Part shown: in pieces, positions 28,801 to 42,770 of the stretch
Numbering within the stretch: position 1 is the stretch's first letter
How the letters are laid out: the number at the start of each line of letters is the position of its first letter
Source of the DNA: Antedon mediterranea
Lineage: Eukaryota; Animalia; Echinodermata
Length of the DNA: 64,000 nt
Direction: 5' to 3'
NCBI RefSeq assembly: GCF_964355755.1
Contig: NC_092671.1
Location: 8,618,001-8,682,000 of the forward strand
Position numbers and translations under genes: made by a program
The notes under the pieces: generated by a model
What the model was told of the DNA's origin: nothing
Seen by the model: the letters and a program-made list of their open reading frames with translations, nothing else
The model's database searches: none

Positions 28801-31800
28801 AGGATAAATGTTTTTTTTATACATATCTTTTCTGATTTTAAAGATTTCTCACCTTTGTTTTTATGGCTTTATGATATATTTTGAACCATATTCCCATTTA
28901 AAAGAAAAATATTTTTTATATTTTCAGCTGTCATTGAAATAAGATACTATATTTATACATATTTAAATATGATGTAAACATTTGTGAATTTAATGGTAAA
29001 GGATAGAAAAAATGTATAGTAAAATGAAGTTCAGTCATTTGTACTCTTGATACGGCATCCTACCATTAGCAGTTGTGGCATAACTCAATTCAATTAAAGT
29101 AATTTTTGCCTAAATTGTAAAATTTAAATATAAAAATGGAAAAATGTGATAAAGATAAAGCACACATTTCTCATAATATAACTTTATAAACTTATACTAA
29201 AGACATTTTTAAAAGGTTAAATTACCATTACATGGCACTGTATATTTTACAACTTAACTCTTGTACTGAAACATATTCATATTTTTGTTAAAGTTTTAAT
29301 TGCTATCATCAAAATGTGAATTTACTGTTATCTTTAAATTCTAAAATTGCCAAAATACGATTTTCAAATATTGGATTATATTTCAGGATTTAAAAAAAAA
29401 ACCATTGGTAAATTTTGCTTACATTATACAGAATTTCTCAACTTGTTTTGAGAAAAATTCTTGATTGGTAAAAGCAATGATGAGTTTAATCCAACAATTG
29501 ACACTCAAAAGAATTGATACGAAACAGCTGTTAGAACAATAAACGACAGAACATCTTAGTTTTGCAATGAATCGTATTGATGACAATTGTGTACGCGATT
29601 GTTGATGAGTCTGAAATATCTCAGTTTGATATATGAATGTATGATTTCTTGTATAAAATTAAATTGGCACTTGTAAACATTTAATGATTTTCCCCAGAAT
29701 GTATTTCATAAGTTTATTTAATTTCTCAAAAACTCATGTTGGACATATAATTACAATTGCTCAAAATTATTAGAAAGTTAGTAACACAGAAAATGACAAC
29801 AAAATATACAGAGCTACAAAATTACTCTAATGAACAATTATTTAACTTTTAAGAAATTTAGCCTAAACTAAGGAAGAGTTTTGTTCTACATTAAGGAGAC
29901 CTCATTCGGCTTCCTGATATCAACCATTGATAATTACTATAGATCAGTAAACAATATTACCGTAATTTATCTTATCAAGAATTTTAAATTGTCGAACTTG
30001 ATTTATCGTTCTTCCTAACAAGTGTATTTTATAATGCAAGATGAAAAGAAGTACAGAATATAAAAAAAAGATCTATCAAAACCATGGCAACAGTAATCAT
30101 GGTTGTCCATGTATTCTGAAAACTTAAAAATGAGAGAATTGAAACACATTGAATTTTTCATTCTACTATTCTGATATTCAAGGCAACATCCAGAGTACTT
30201 TTACATTATAATGTAACTCAATTTCTAATGAAACCTTTCATTATTACAATACATCTTATAACTCTTGTCAAGGGAATAATATCAGCTTCCAGTAACCTTG
30301 GAAACCTTTAAGCATTTGTTACTTAGCAACTGTTGCCATGAATACATCAGAATAATGTAGCATGCTGTCAGGTATTATTGTAAAAGTGTACAATTAAGTA
30401 ACTTTGTTATGGATGGTAGAAAAATTATCATCGATGTAATAAATATATTTTGACTTTTGTATGCCTAGTTTTTTTTTATACGAAGCCCAAAGGCAGTGAA
30501 ACAAAATGTTTGTCACAATTAACCTCGTTTTCAATCAAACTCGATAACAGACCTAGCCTGATCAATTTGAATTGTCCTCATAGGGATAGTGGTTGTCTTT
30601 GCCCTAGTTCCACGACATTATTACTTTCTCTTAGTTGTTTTGCTAGTGTCGACTTTAGCTACTTCTTGGCAGGGAAATCAATGAACTGTAACTATTTTAC
30701 ATATATGAAGAAATTAGAGAAACACTGTGTATTGAATATTATAACCCGTGGCCTTCTTAACATCTCGTATAAGCTAAATATTATAAATTACTTGTAGCTA
30801 ATACTTTAGTTGGCATGAGTCTGAATTAATAAAACAAAATGCAAATCTATATGAACTTTTTATATATCATATATTTCAGAGTTCAACCGGATGACACTGG
30901 TGCCTGGATTAATGTTGGTCGTGCCTACAAGAACATGCAAGACTATGAGAAAGCTGAAGAAGCATATCGTCACGCCATCACGTTGATGCCAACTGTAGTA
31001 CCAGGCAAGATGTATACTACTAGAATAGCGCCCTCATACTTGAATGCGTACATTAATCTAGCCAACCTTATAAAAAATAACAACACTAGATTAGAAGAGG
31101 CCGATACAGTGAGTTTACTTTTGGCGATACTTAATTCATATATTATTACAATTATCTTATTACATATTACACTACACTACATTTAGCTTTGTTTATTTTC
31201 ACAACATTTATAAATACCACAATGATAACTAACAATGTACTGCAGTAACAATAGTATAATTCTCTAACCCCCCCCCCCCCCCCCCTCTTCCTTGGGACAC
31301 CATCATGGAGAAACTCTCAAACAAAACAAGAGTAAATATATGGCCAACACTATTCATGGGACACTCCTATTAAGGGGCTTTTTTTATGGGTTTTCCGAAG
31401 AAGATGTTCGCTTATTAGATGTGTTACTGTATTTAGAATTTTACATATTTTTATCTAGTTATTTATTCTACACCTTGAGTAAAAACATCCACTGTTACCC
31501 GCTGTGTATCCACGTTTGATGAACAAAACTCAATCAGTTGGCCTTGCAACCTTGGTGTAAAATCCTAAAAATTCATTCCATTTTTAAAGTCAGACATTTG
31601 GGATGTTTACGAGAATGCACGCTATAAACAATAATTAACTTTGTGATGAAAACAAAACAAAACTATTAGTATTGATACAGAGTAGAGACGTAGATGAAAG
31701 GCAATACCGACTATAAAGAGTTTATAATGAAGAAACAGTATGGAGAAAACTAGATGGGTAATTTTCTTAAGGATAGTTTGATGAGAAGCGTCCGTTCTCA

Positions 31801-34800
31801 AGAGAGCTGTTTCACTCCATTCAAATCTAGAATTGTTTGATGTGGATTCACAAGAAAAGAAAATAATGCATTAAATCGCGCCAACATCTTAAAATTGTAA
31901 TTTTTTTTTCTACATTGAAAGCTATACGACTGTAGGCATATCATTTTTCACTTTGTTGAATGTTCTGCTTTTGATATGGCTTTACTAGATACTGCTATAA
32001 TATTTCACTGTATAGAATTTAACTTCTGGTGTAACATCAAAAGGAATCATCTATAATTATTACTGCCATGGTGATAGATTCTGTTTTGAATGTATTTTGC
32101 AAATATATAGACTAAACCACAATACAGCATTTGATAAAGAACTATTTATAATGAATTTTTTAATTTTAAAAATGTAGAAAGAATAATATATTAATAATAA
32201 TAATATTGTTTATATTTTACAAAATTAAAGGTAGATACAATGCATTAAAATTGCATGAATAAAATAAAATTAATTTGTAAAATAATGCATTTCTGTAATA
32301 AAAATAGGTTTCTTGAAATCAAAACATACTTTTTTAAGGCATTTGGGTTAATTGTACTTTTCAGTGCAATTTCAACAGTAATATCTTGGGGAATAAGATA
32401 GATTATATAAAATTATGAGATATTATATTGGAAAACAAATAAAGAAGTCTAGTCCCAAGAGAAATAAGTATCTTATTTTTCTGCAACACAATTGAGACCG
32501 AAAATAATATTTAGTATAGTAGATGCAATATTATTGTTCGATTAATATTATTATATTATTTGTAGATTTTATATCTATGAATATTTAATCTACTTTTTGA
32601 TTTACTTAGAACTTTTAATGATAATTAAGTTTTTTTTCTTTAGCTTTTTCAGAGAGTGTTAACCATGCGGCCAGATCTAACGACAGCGCACATTAACCGA
32701 GGAGATGTTCTCCTACGATTAAATCGTTCGTTCGAGGCAGAACAGTCTTTCAGAACAGCTCTTGAGCATGATCAAGACAACGCCGATATCCATTATAATG
32801 TAGGTTCTTGACCCTCTTGTCTTTCACGCATGTAGTTTATAATTACTCGTCAAGTATCTTCTTGATAATGTTGATAATGTTGCGTACATGGTCATCTGTA
32901 ATCTATAGACCTCATTCACTGTTCTTACTGTGACAAATTACATTGCTATTTGAGTTACAGTTTCTCGTTTACGTCGTGCGTAGATCAACATTTTATGGCT
33001 TGGAATTTATATTATTGTTTTCACATTTAATCCGCTGCCAGGTGAATCTGTCTGTATACTTTGAATACAAAATGCTATTTTTATACCATATTTATCTACA
33101 TTTAAAACTCCTTTGTAGAATTTTTAGCTATATTTCTATGCAAGTCATGTTTCCAGATTGAGTGGAATAATTTTTAGGAACTTTTAGAAAACAATAAAAA
33201 GTACATTAATGTCAGCTTGATTTTCAGGGGTGGTCGTAAACAATTGTAATTGTGGTAAAGCCACCAAAATATATGTAGCATTTGTGTAGGAACCAATTTC
33301 TCTGTTCTCTAGTTTAACCAAGTGTTCTGTTAATTTCTAAAGTAGTGCGATGCTACTGGTAAAGTTTTTATTTTAAGAACAAAAAAAAAGATTTTCCTGG
33401 AACCTATGATGCTATATTTTACTTATAGAACAAAAATATATTTAAACTGTCTTTAACTTTTTTATTTTATGGTTCTTAAAAATGTGCTTTAATTGATGTA
33501 AGAAAACTTCGTCTAAGTTATCAACAAATGCATTTAATATGTTGAAATTTAGAATGATGGTAATTACACAAACCATTCAAATTTAAATGTTATCTCCTGT
33601 CCAAGTAATGATAAAAATGTAATCAATTTGAAGTTTCTCCATCCTCAAATCCTTCTTTCTTTAAGTAGGTGATGTCCATCCTTGCGACCTCCTGATCACA
33701 TGTCCCACATTGCGAAATCAATTCTCTTTACCACGATGTGATTTATCGTATATTATATACATCTCATCAATTACTCGGTTTAATGAAGTTGACACAACTG
33801 ATGAAGAACTATTATTTTAGATGTAATAAATCTATATTTTTGTATTAATCTTATTGATGTCTGTGGTAAAGAGAAAATGCGTAACTATTTAAGTTAAGTG
33901 TTACATGCCAATCATTTATAGTTTCATGTGTTAAAAAATGACTTGCCGAGAAAATACAGTATTCTGTTTTTACAACATAATGTGATCGATACTTTTTTTG
34001 GATTGTGATGAATCATTTTGTAGTGAAAGACAAGTGGTGCAGGTTAAAAGTCGTGGGCCTTTTTATCTGCTGTTAATGTGAACTATATACGTTTGATATT
34101 TTATGTGAACTTTTTTATGCATTTGTTAATTGGTAAACAGTGCTTGTGGTAACACCATAAGTAGTTCTAATTCAAAAAGTGATACAGTTTCTCTCAATCT
34201 TCAATTATATTTTTATTGATTTGTTTTTCAAGTTCGTTTTTTTAAAAATAAAATTGATAGTGTTTAATTGCAGTAACACTACATTCTATTAAAATATTTC
34301 ATATTGTCTCTCATTCTTTATAAATTCTTTAATCATTTTTTATTGATTTATTTTCAAATTTATTTCTTTAGATTAATTAGTTTGAATAAAGAAATTGCTT
34401 TAAGTTTCTTTTTAATTCGTTTTAATTTTCTTTTGATTGATTGTTATTTTCTGTAGCATAAGTGTGTAAAAAATTGTTTAATAACAAATTATTAAAAAAT
34501 AACCTTTTTGCTTTCTATTTTTCAGCTTGGAGTAATATACCTTGATAGAGGAGAGTTACGGGAAGCTTTTCAGTACTTTAATAAGGCTTTAGAGTTGAAC
34601 CCTGACCATATACAGGCCTTGTTCAATACCGCAGTCACTATGCAAGAATCAAGAAATCCAGGCCTACGAACAGAGGCCACACGGAGGTAGGAACAGGTTT
34701 TGAATTTGTCATTGGCACATGTAATACCATCAAACATAACGTCCTTTTAAATTGCACATAATGTTAATGCAAAAGTTTTCATAAATATTCATAAGTTTGT

Positions 34801-37800
34801 ATGATTATTCATAAATATGTATGAGTTATCTATATTTAGGGTTAATGAATATATGTACATGAATTATAATGTGCAAGATATGTATTTTTGTCTGTATTTG
34901 AATTGATTAGTACATATCTATTGAATTATATATGAGAAAAGTCACCACACACCGTATGTGATGTGTAAAAACTTTACGAGATACTCCCATTGAGTGTATA
35001 AATTAGGTACCATGTATGCTTCAATACACGCTTGAAAATCTTAAAGGCTCAATGGGCAATGCATAATCAAACAAGGTATTTGCAAAAGTTATGCTTATGT
35101 GAAATATTTTTTTTATTATAAGCATGGAGAAATAAGTTAAGTTATATAAATATATATAAAATAAGTTATCTCTCCATGTTAAAGAAAAAGTAAGTCAAAA
35201 AAGTAAGTAGCGTAAAAAATGTAACATTGGTAGAGTTTGTAGTAAGTAGTAAAAAATATGCGACACAGGAATGAAAATGTTATGATACAATTGTAAACAG
35301 GTTCATTTATAAAATATCTTGAATGAGTTTTGGCTCTAGTTGACAAAACTGCAAAGGGAAAAATGTGAATAAATTATTTTCCAACATGTTTAAAACTTTT
35401 AAAAACTTCCAGCCAATCAGATGGATGGGATCTATATTGAATGTGTTGTATATAAATGGGGTATACAGCAAAACAAACATAGACACAACAATCCTTAAGT
35501 ACATAAATGTTTCTTCTTTAAGTAGGTCAATAAACTTTCATAAAATCTACATTTTAACTATGTTGCATTGTACTAATATATCCTGCATAGTGCTTAGAAT
35601 GTTTGCTCACGTTTAATTCATGGAAATCACACAAGTAATAAGCAAAAACCTTATTCTAACACATGCCTATCTTTCCTCTGTTAAAAGACATCAAGCACTT
35701 AAAATCTGCTAATGAAGCAATCCACCATGTACGGACATCTTATGTACATGTTTACACACTAGTGCATACACACCTGTTTCAGATACAGATTTGATGTAGG
35801 TCCAGTGAATTAGCTCCCTTGAGTTTAAAAAATCCAAATTCCATAGAAAGTAATGTAATTGGCATGAAATGAGAATCAAAATTAGGTTTATAAATATTTA
35901 GTTAGCATTTAAACCACACAATGAGATTTTTAGAGGGAGCAGGAGCATTGATTGTAAGAAATATAGAAAGCAGACTATGAAATATGTATAGACAATATAT
36001 TATAGAATCTTATAGAAAGCTGTATATAAAAGAAGAACATTATAGAGGGCATACTACATTTAGAAATCGATCTTCAGTGAATGTAAAGTTTATGATCACA
36101 AATTATATTGCTTTTAAACATAGTATATGTTGTAAACTGAAATATGTATGACATTTAGTGAAACGAACGGTATACACATGACTAAATACACCTGTGTGAA
36201 ATATAAAAACCGAAGCAGGTCTTCCCACGAGAACTTACCTAAGCTAAAAAGTAGACCACAAATGCTGATGTAACATATTAACTGTAATGTTAAAAAAGAG
36301 TGGTATAGTAATTTATATAAGTCATTTAATGATGTTGGGTACCCATTGAAGTAAATATTTGTTGCCCTTCCATGTTTGAATTTTATCTTTTATGAAAATC
36401 TTCTTGAGGGATATGTTACCCTTTTCTCCGACATATTGTACTTATTTTTAACTTTGCAAGAACATGCGCATTACATACAGCAGAAAGTGGTTGAACCAGA
36501 ATGCTTTTAATGCTTTTCTGAAAGATATATAAAGATTATAAGTATACATTCAGCAACCTACCGTTTTATATTTAAGTAGTGTAACAGATTTTTTCAAATT
36601 ATGCCTAGAAGTATAATTTTATAGCTTTTATGTAGTTATTATAGATTCTACAAAAGTATTATTAGACAAAAGAAGTTTGTTTGATCAGCGTGTTAATTAT
36701 ACAAACTATTGCTTGTTGTGATAAATAGTAGGATGAAGCAAGGCTATCAATGTTATATGATTTCCAACTAAATCCCAAATCATGGTTAACAAAATTTGTA
36801 TACATAAAAGCAGTTTAGAACTGCAAAGTTATGGTTTTGCATCATCCCCTACAACAATGCACTTGGCTAGTATGTCACGTTATAGCACCTCCCCTAGCCA
36901 TCTTTTGGCTCTTTGATCAGTTTAATTTAATTTTCTTATTGTTAATGAATTACTTTATAAAACCCTTTCTCACAGAGTTTACAAACACCAAGCACAATCA
37001 TGCAAAATTCTACAGTTTTGCTAGATGATGTAAAAAGGGGTTTATTTTTGTCACTAATGTTGCTTTGTTAGTTTTAATATGAAAATGTATGCATACATTG
37101 ATAATCCAATCATTTTTTTAAGTAACCTGTTCCTAAAAATATTTAAAATTGTACTTTTTAAACTAAACAAATAAAACATCTATATTCCAATCAATTAGGA
37201 GAAACTCAACAGTTCTTTTTAGAACTACACACGTGGTGTACTGAAAACTTTATATCAACACATTATTTCAATTGTTGATTTTCCATTATAAAGTATGTGA
37301 TATATTTAACTATTTTCTGTTATGAATTCATGTCTTGCTTTCCAATTTAGGAAATCAATGATGCAGGAAAAATAAATATCTAGAAAGTGCTGACTCGTTA
37401 TCAAACGTAATTGTCAATTAGTGTTTCTTTGAAGAATATCTTTTATTAAATTTAGTAAAAACTTATATATAATGTAATTATTATCTTCCAAATGTTATAT
37501 TAGTGTTTGTATGCAAATAATCATCTCAACGTTTTGCAGACTTGGTTCGTATTGGAAATTTACTAAATACAATACTGTATAGATTTAAGTTTGCACTAGA
37601 AAACATGTTTAATATTTCAGTCTTAAAACTGAAAAAAAAGTGTATTGGAATGTTTGAAATTTCATAATTAAAACTCATGTTATAAATGTAATTTTTTCAT
37701 ATTACATATTACATCGAAGATATGTAATTTAAAAAAAAAGTCATTCTTTATCAATTTATAATGAGCATAATGATTGTAGTATTCATCACTTGAGGTGTGT

Positions 37801-40800
37801 GGGATCTATAAGTTATAGTGTACAGTAATTACAAATGCTATGAATTTGCAATCGGTTATGGCTTTAAATAAATATATAATTCATACATTTAGAGCAAGAA
37901 GGCCATTAAAAGGCTTTATCGTAACACTGTATAATGAGTGTCGTCGAGACAGAACTCATAGTATGGTATCATCAATGGTAATATATAGCCAAATTAGTTT
38001 AAGAGGCTACGGGAGTTGTTTTGTTGTAAAAGAAAATGAACATTAGCTTGGATTAAACACCGTCATGTATTACTGGACTTTTTCGTTTGTCTACCATATG
38101 CCTCCGGTGGTTCGCAAAAATCAATTTCTCTCGCAATCAGAAACAGTTTTATTTATTTTAGCATAGCAAGCACTTTTTTTAATTATATTTATTTATTATT
38201 ATTATTGATTCAAATTTCTGCCAAATACAAACAGATAGACATATATGGTAAAAGTGCATTGTATATTGTAAAATTGAACCCAGGGCCTAGGAATTGACAT
38301 TCCCACCAAGCTAAAGTACCATTACAAAATAGCTATTGTGAGTACCTTTATAAATTTGGCTTTCCTGATACACACTATAATGGAGTTTTTTTTTCTCTTT
38401 CTTTTCTAGGTTGAAGAAAGTTCTTGCACAAGATCCACACAATGCCAAAGCTTTCTTCAATCTTGCAGCTCTCGCTATGGACAGCGGCGAAACTGACCAA
38501 GCAGAAATGCTCTTTAAAAAAGCATTAGAGGTATTTCCATTCATGATATTAAACACATCTTTAGAATGCTAATAGCAAACAAACAAAAATCATCCTCCTA
38601 GATGATGATAGCCAAAAGGTACAAACACATTCTCATAATGAGATATTTTTTGTTTTTTGTTTTGCTAAATCGATCAAAAAACATCATATTTACAGACAGA
38701 TTTAGAGTCATTGCAACAAAGAGGTTTGCAAACATCATTTTACACTTGTGTAAGAATTTGAATATGTGGCCATCAAGATAATTAACCTACTTTTGAGTTA
38801 TACGTCATATTTCTCAAGTGTGTTCAATTTTTGTGTTTAACACTTTTGTAATTTGTCAAATGTTACTATTTGAATTATGATACATTTACATAATTATATG
38901 TGCCATGTTGACAATTATACAGCATTTGTATCTGAAATAAAATAAATTTACATTAATGCTTAAATCAACCATTTTGTATGATATTTACCTTTTGTTTTGA
39001 AGATTTACATTTTTTGTACCTTATCAGTTATATACTACAGTATATAGTATACATACTTTACTCTCTCTTTATATGTAAATTTTGATTTATAACATTAAGT
39101 TCAAGAATACAATACATTTTGTACCTTATCCGTTATATACTACAGTATATAGTATACATACTTTAATATCTTTTTTTACAGTATGTAAATTTTGCTTTAG
39201 AAAAATGTCATCATTGAGTTCAACAATACAATGTCAAGGTGGTTAGGTTGTCTGCGTAACCTTGACTATGTCAAAACTGTGCGTTTAATTAGGCTAAATT
39301 ACTGCACTAACGCCAAAGTTTATGCACATTTAGCCGTAATTACATTGTTGTAATCAGTGATGGCGCTTCATAAGTCGCCAAAGGCTTCGTTCCCATCATC
39401 GTTTCTGTGGATTTAACATTCATGGTGCCTAGATGGCCAAACCATTGCCCATATATATAATAGACAATTATCTTGCGTGCGGTGATTGTGGTTGATGTGA
39501 CAACGATAACCCAGGGGAATGATTGCAATCTGTCCCCTGGGTGTTTATTTATCAAATGCATTGTTAGGCTTCGCTAAGGTTATATATTAGGATCCATTAA
39601 AAGTTTATCACCTGTGATAAGGTCTAAAAGTGCAGTATTATTATAATTTTTTATATCTTTCCTACACATAATTATTAAAACTTATATAGCAACATTGTAA
39701 TATTGTGGTTATTTTCATCTTTTATTATAGTATAAAAACATACACCTTGTTTTAGTACAGGTAGTTGGGATTTAGTATATTTTTTACATATTTAAAACAA
39801 AAACTAATTGTATTTTCTTATAGATTGAGCCATTGTTCCGAGGTGCCTTGTTTAACATCGCTTTACTTTATTCAAACAATAACAGAAGCAGAGAAGCAGT
39901 TCCTTATTTGCAAACATTACTAAATGTAAATATAAACAATTATACTCATCCACATTAAATATTGGCATCAATTAAAAAACACAAATAATTATTATATTAA
40001 TTAATACTAATTAATATATTATATTTCATTTACTTAAAGATATATTGTCCCCCCAAAGGCCTTTGAATAGACCATTTCGCAGTTTTAATAAAAAAAAAAA
40101 AAAAAAAAAAATGTGTTAAATTCAACCAAAAACCCATTGACTTTTGCCTATTTTTTGCTTTGAATTACAGTTTTTCAGGTAAATAATTTTGTTTTTGATT
40201 CAATTTTTGGTCAAAGTGAATAACTAGTATGTAACATTAAAATATATTCAACAAAAACATGTTAAACAATTTTTTCAGGGGGGGGGGGGGGGAGGGACAA
40301 TATATCTTAAATTCTATGCTAGAATATAGTCCTATCCTAATTGTTACTGTATTTCAGATACCAGACCTTTGTTAATGCAGTTTAAGTAAATTCCCACCCA
40401 CTGATTTATACACAACTTTGTAGCCAAGCCTATGGGATTATACTATAAATTTAAATATGTTTGTGGCCATGGTATAATTATTAGCCGTATGCATTTACAG
40501 TATTCTATAGGGGTTAATTATGAAAAACTGGATCCATAACATTTTATTATTAACAACCCTTCATAATACATGCTAATAATACTAATAGGGGTAAGTGCAC
40601 TGTAAGTTGTATTAAAACAAACACAATGCATAGATGTATTTAGCAGTATTTAAAATTTCAAATACAGTTGTAAAATAGCCAATAAAATTTGAAGATGTTT
40701 TACCAGTTATTGTTACTGTTTTTTTTATTACTTTTATGACCTAGTGTTAATAATTTGACTTATTCTTGACCTTTTCAACATTATTCTTTGTTTAAAGTTT

Positions 40801-41844
40801 AATGAATCATGTATACACAGAATACAATTTAGAAATATTTTTAGACTAATTTATAGCGAGTAATTGCAACGTGGGTTAGAAAACTATAGAGGGCAGTGTA
40901 AAGATATTTTGTTACAGAATGGTTTAAAATTATAGTATAAACTACTGATTAAAATATCTACCCCCATGGCAGGTTTCAAATGTGGTTTAAGTTTGAGTTT
41001 TTAAGTTTATATCAATGGACAATTTCTAAATCGGAATGAATTTAGACTTATGCATTGATGTTTTTACAGGCGTACCCAAGACATACAAAAAGCTGGATTT
41101 TGTTAGGAGACATTTACATCAACACACTGAAGCAAGTTTCAGAAGCTAAATTGGTAATTACTCAATACTTTGCATTGCGTCATCCTCCAAATGGTAAAGT
41201 CCTGTTTGAAAAAGACTAGGAATCATTGCCTGGTCTATGCTAATCCTGGTCCCATTCTGGGCCCTGCACTGCAGAAGGCATAATAAATAAAGAAATGGAA
41301 AACAATTATAATGACAGTCTTGAATGGAAACATCAATGCAACTCTGGAGTTGTCAAAGTAAATTTAAAGGGTATAGTCTAAGTGTGAATACACCATCATA
41401 CTAAGGCTAAGGGAAGCATTATTATATACAGCCACAAAACACTTCTGAAAAGTCTAGAACAATCATGAAGACCCAGTGTAATCATAGAAACTTGAGGACA
41501 AACTGAGGCATGTTGACTGGATTATAAAATTATTTTAAAGTATGTTTCTGTGTTTAATTGTTAATTAAATTATTTTACAGTGTTTTCAGAAAACAGTAGA
41601 GATTGATCCAACAAATATCCAAGGCCAGCATAACCTGTGTGTCATCTACGTGGAGGAGGGTGATCTTGTTACAGCTAAGCATTGTCTCGAGAAGGTGGTT
41701 CAAATGGCACCAGGAGAGAGATATATCAGAAAGCACTTGGAAATTGTCCGGAGCAGGATTGAAAAACAGGAACAATTGAAACTTAAAAATAAACAAATAA
41801 ATGAGGATAAACACAACAACTCAAAGAGATTTGGTGCTAAGTAG
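7698..41844 (+). CDS. TMTC3: Protein O-mannosyltransferase TMTC3, 3' part (10 coding exons; 5' exons lie upstream of or were not found in the window)
   Basis: Exons 7698-7846, 9471-9554, 19753-19890, 30880-31108, 32644-32799, 34526-34686, 38410-38530, 39824-39925, 41070-41153 and 41581-41844. All are AG/GT bounded with compatible phases and splice into one open frame: [29 protein letters not shown]...[34 protein letters not shown]...[18 protein letters not shown]...[17 protein letters not shown]...[10 protein letters not shown]. This closely tracks human TMTC3 as I recall it ([41 protein letters not shown]). Confidence 0.95.
9471..9554 (+). CDS. TMTC3: TMTC3 exon (last TM helix)
   Basis: tttacag|T GGT...GAC TG|gtaggt; (F)[27 protein letters not shown](W); phase matches both neighbours. 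Confidence 0.9.
19753..19890 (+). CDS. TMTC3: TMTC3 exon (first TPR)
   Basis: ttctgcag|G AAA...TCC AG|gtaacc; [45 protein letters not shown]. Confidence 0.95.
22160..22600. repeat. Degenerate tandem repeat, ~125-130 bp period, ~4 copies
   Basis: AGATGCAG.TGTTTTACC.TGCC..AATGTTGTTT.AATTTTA recurs at about 22165, 22293, 22421 and 22535. Confidence 0.6.
23200..23465. repeat. CT-rich low-complexity tract
   Basis: Pyrimidine-rich degenerate (CTTT/CTT) sequence; it produces spurious F/L-rich ORFs. Confidence 0.8.
28560..28810 (+). pseudogene. Decayed death-fold-like coding fragment
   Basis: One frame reads [13 protein letters not shown]...[31 protein letters not shown], resembling the first (DWRKL) and last (L..LGRQDIA..I) helices of death domains, with stops. 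Confidence 0.35.
30292..30345. promoter_or_regulatory. Cluster of three RFX X-box-like palindromes
   Basis: GTAACCTTGGAAAC (30292-30305), GTTACTTAGCAAC (30318-30330) and GTTGCCATGAATAC (30332-30345), plus a half site CCATGGCAAC at 30082-30091. Confidence 0.45.
30880..31108 (+). CDS. TMTC3: TMTC3 exon (TPR)
   Basis: tttcag|A GTT...ACA|gtgagt; [18 protein letters not shown]...[18 protein letters not shown] (inside ORF 30839..31186). Confidence 0.95.
32644..32799 (+). CDS. TMTC3: TMTC3 exon (TPR)
   Basis: ctttag|CTT...AAT|gtaggt; [52 protein letters not shown]. Confidence 0.93.
34526..34686 (+). CDS. TMTC3: TMTC3 exon (TPR)
   Basis: tttcag|CTT...CGG AG|gtagga; [53 protein letters not shown]. 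Confidence 0.95.
38410..38530 (+). CDS. TMTC3: TMTC3 exon (TPR)
   Basis: ttctag|G TTG...GAG|gtattt; [40 protein letters not shown]. Confidence 0.93.
39006..39200. repeat. Tandem duplication ~107 bp
   Basis: TACATTTT..GTACCTTATC.GTTATATACTACAGTATATAGTATACATACTTTA...ATGTAAATTTTG occurs twice. Confidence 0.85.
39824..39925 (+). CDS. TMTC3: TMTC3 exon (TPR)
   Basis: ttatag|ATT...AAT|gtaaat; [34 protein letters not shown]. Confidence 0.92.
40038..40307. mobile_element. MITE with 14-bp TIRs (Kolobok-like, TTAA context)
   Basis: ttaa|AGATATATTGTCCC ... GGGACAATATATCT|taaa, a perfect 14-bp inverted repeat. Confidence 0.6.
41070..41153 (+). CDS. TMTC3: TMTC3 exon (TPR)
   Basis: ttacag|GCG...TTG|gtaatt; [28 protein letters not shown]. 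Confidence 0.92.
41581..41844 (+). CDS. TMTC3: TMTC3 terminal coding exon
   Basis: ttacag|TGT...TAG; [60 protein letters not shown]...KRFGAK*. Confidence 0.93.
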   Translation, partial: CFQKTVEIDPTNIQGQHNLCVIYVEEGDLVTAKHCLEKVVQMAPGERYIRKHLEIVRSRIEKQEQLKLKNKQINEDKHNNSKRFGAK

Positions 41845-42770
41845 GAAAAGAAGCGGTGTATATATATAGAGAGGTTGGACTACTCTCTTGCAGGCGCCAT
41901 TTTATTACCAACAGCATTGCCGTCAAGTTATTCTATAATACTACCAGTGTAGACTTTCTAAAAAAGGGTGCATCCTTGAGATGGGTTATGGAAGGGGTGG
42001 GGTGAATTTATTGAAAATGTTTAAGGGTGCAATTACAGATATATTTTTTTAATTTGTTGAAAGTTATCTGTGTCTGCATAATTGTTCTTTCAAGGATTTC
42101 AAATGATGTTTGTTTTGAAATATTGGTCATTTTGGATGTGCAATTTTATTGAAATTGGACATGACAAAAGTTTTATATCTTCATATATTAGATTAAAAAT
42201 ACAAAATTCTCAGCAATGAAAAAATGTAGTAGTATAAAGCCTAAAGATAAATATAAAACTAGTCTAAACATCTTCTATTTTATGAATTGGATATTATTTC
42301 ATTAAAAAATAAAGTTAACTCTCATTTAATTTTCAACAAATCAAATTCAACATGATATTTCTGAAGTTTTTTTAAAGAAAATTTATTCCAATAACATGAC
42401 CAAGTTTTGTTTGTTTAAAGATTACATTTAGTTTATAAATTAGTTTTAAAAAGACTATAATGGTTAATTCTTATAAGTCAATTTATAAAGTTTACACACT
42501 ATAACAGCACTTTAAATTGTTCTTTATTATGTTAAATATTATTGTGAATTAGATTCACAACTTATAAAGTTATCCCATCGTGTTATAGATTAATTGCATT
42601 TATTTATTTTCTTTCATTGAATTCAGGTACAGACTACTTAAAGATTTAGAAACAATCTCATATATAAACATAATATAAACACAAGATATACCACATAACT
42701 AAACTATGCTGGCCACAACTGAAAGGAAGTACCATTTATACATCTGGACTGTGCATGGTTAGTGACTCTA

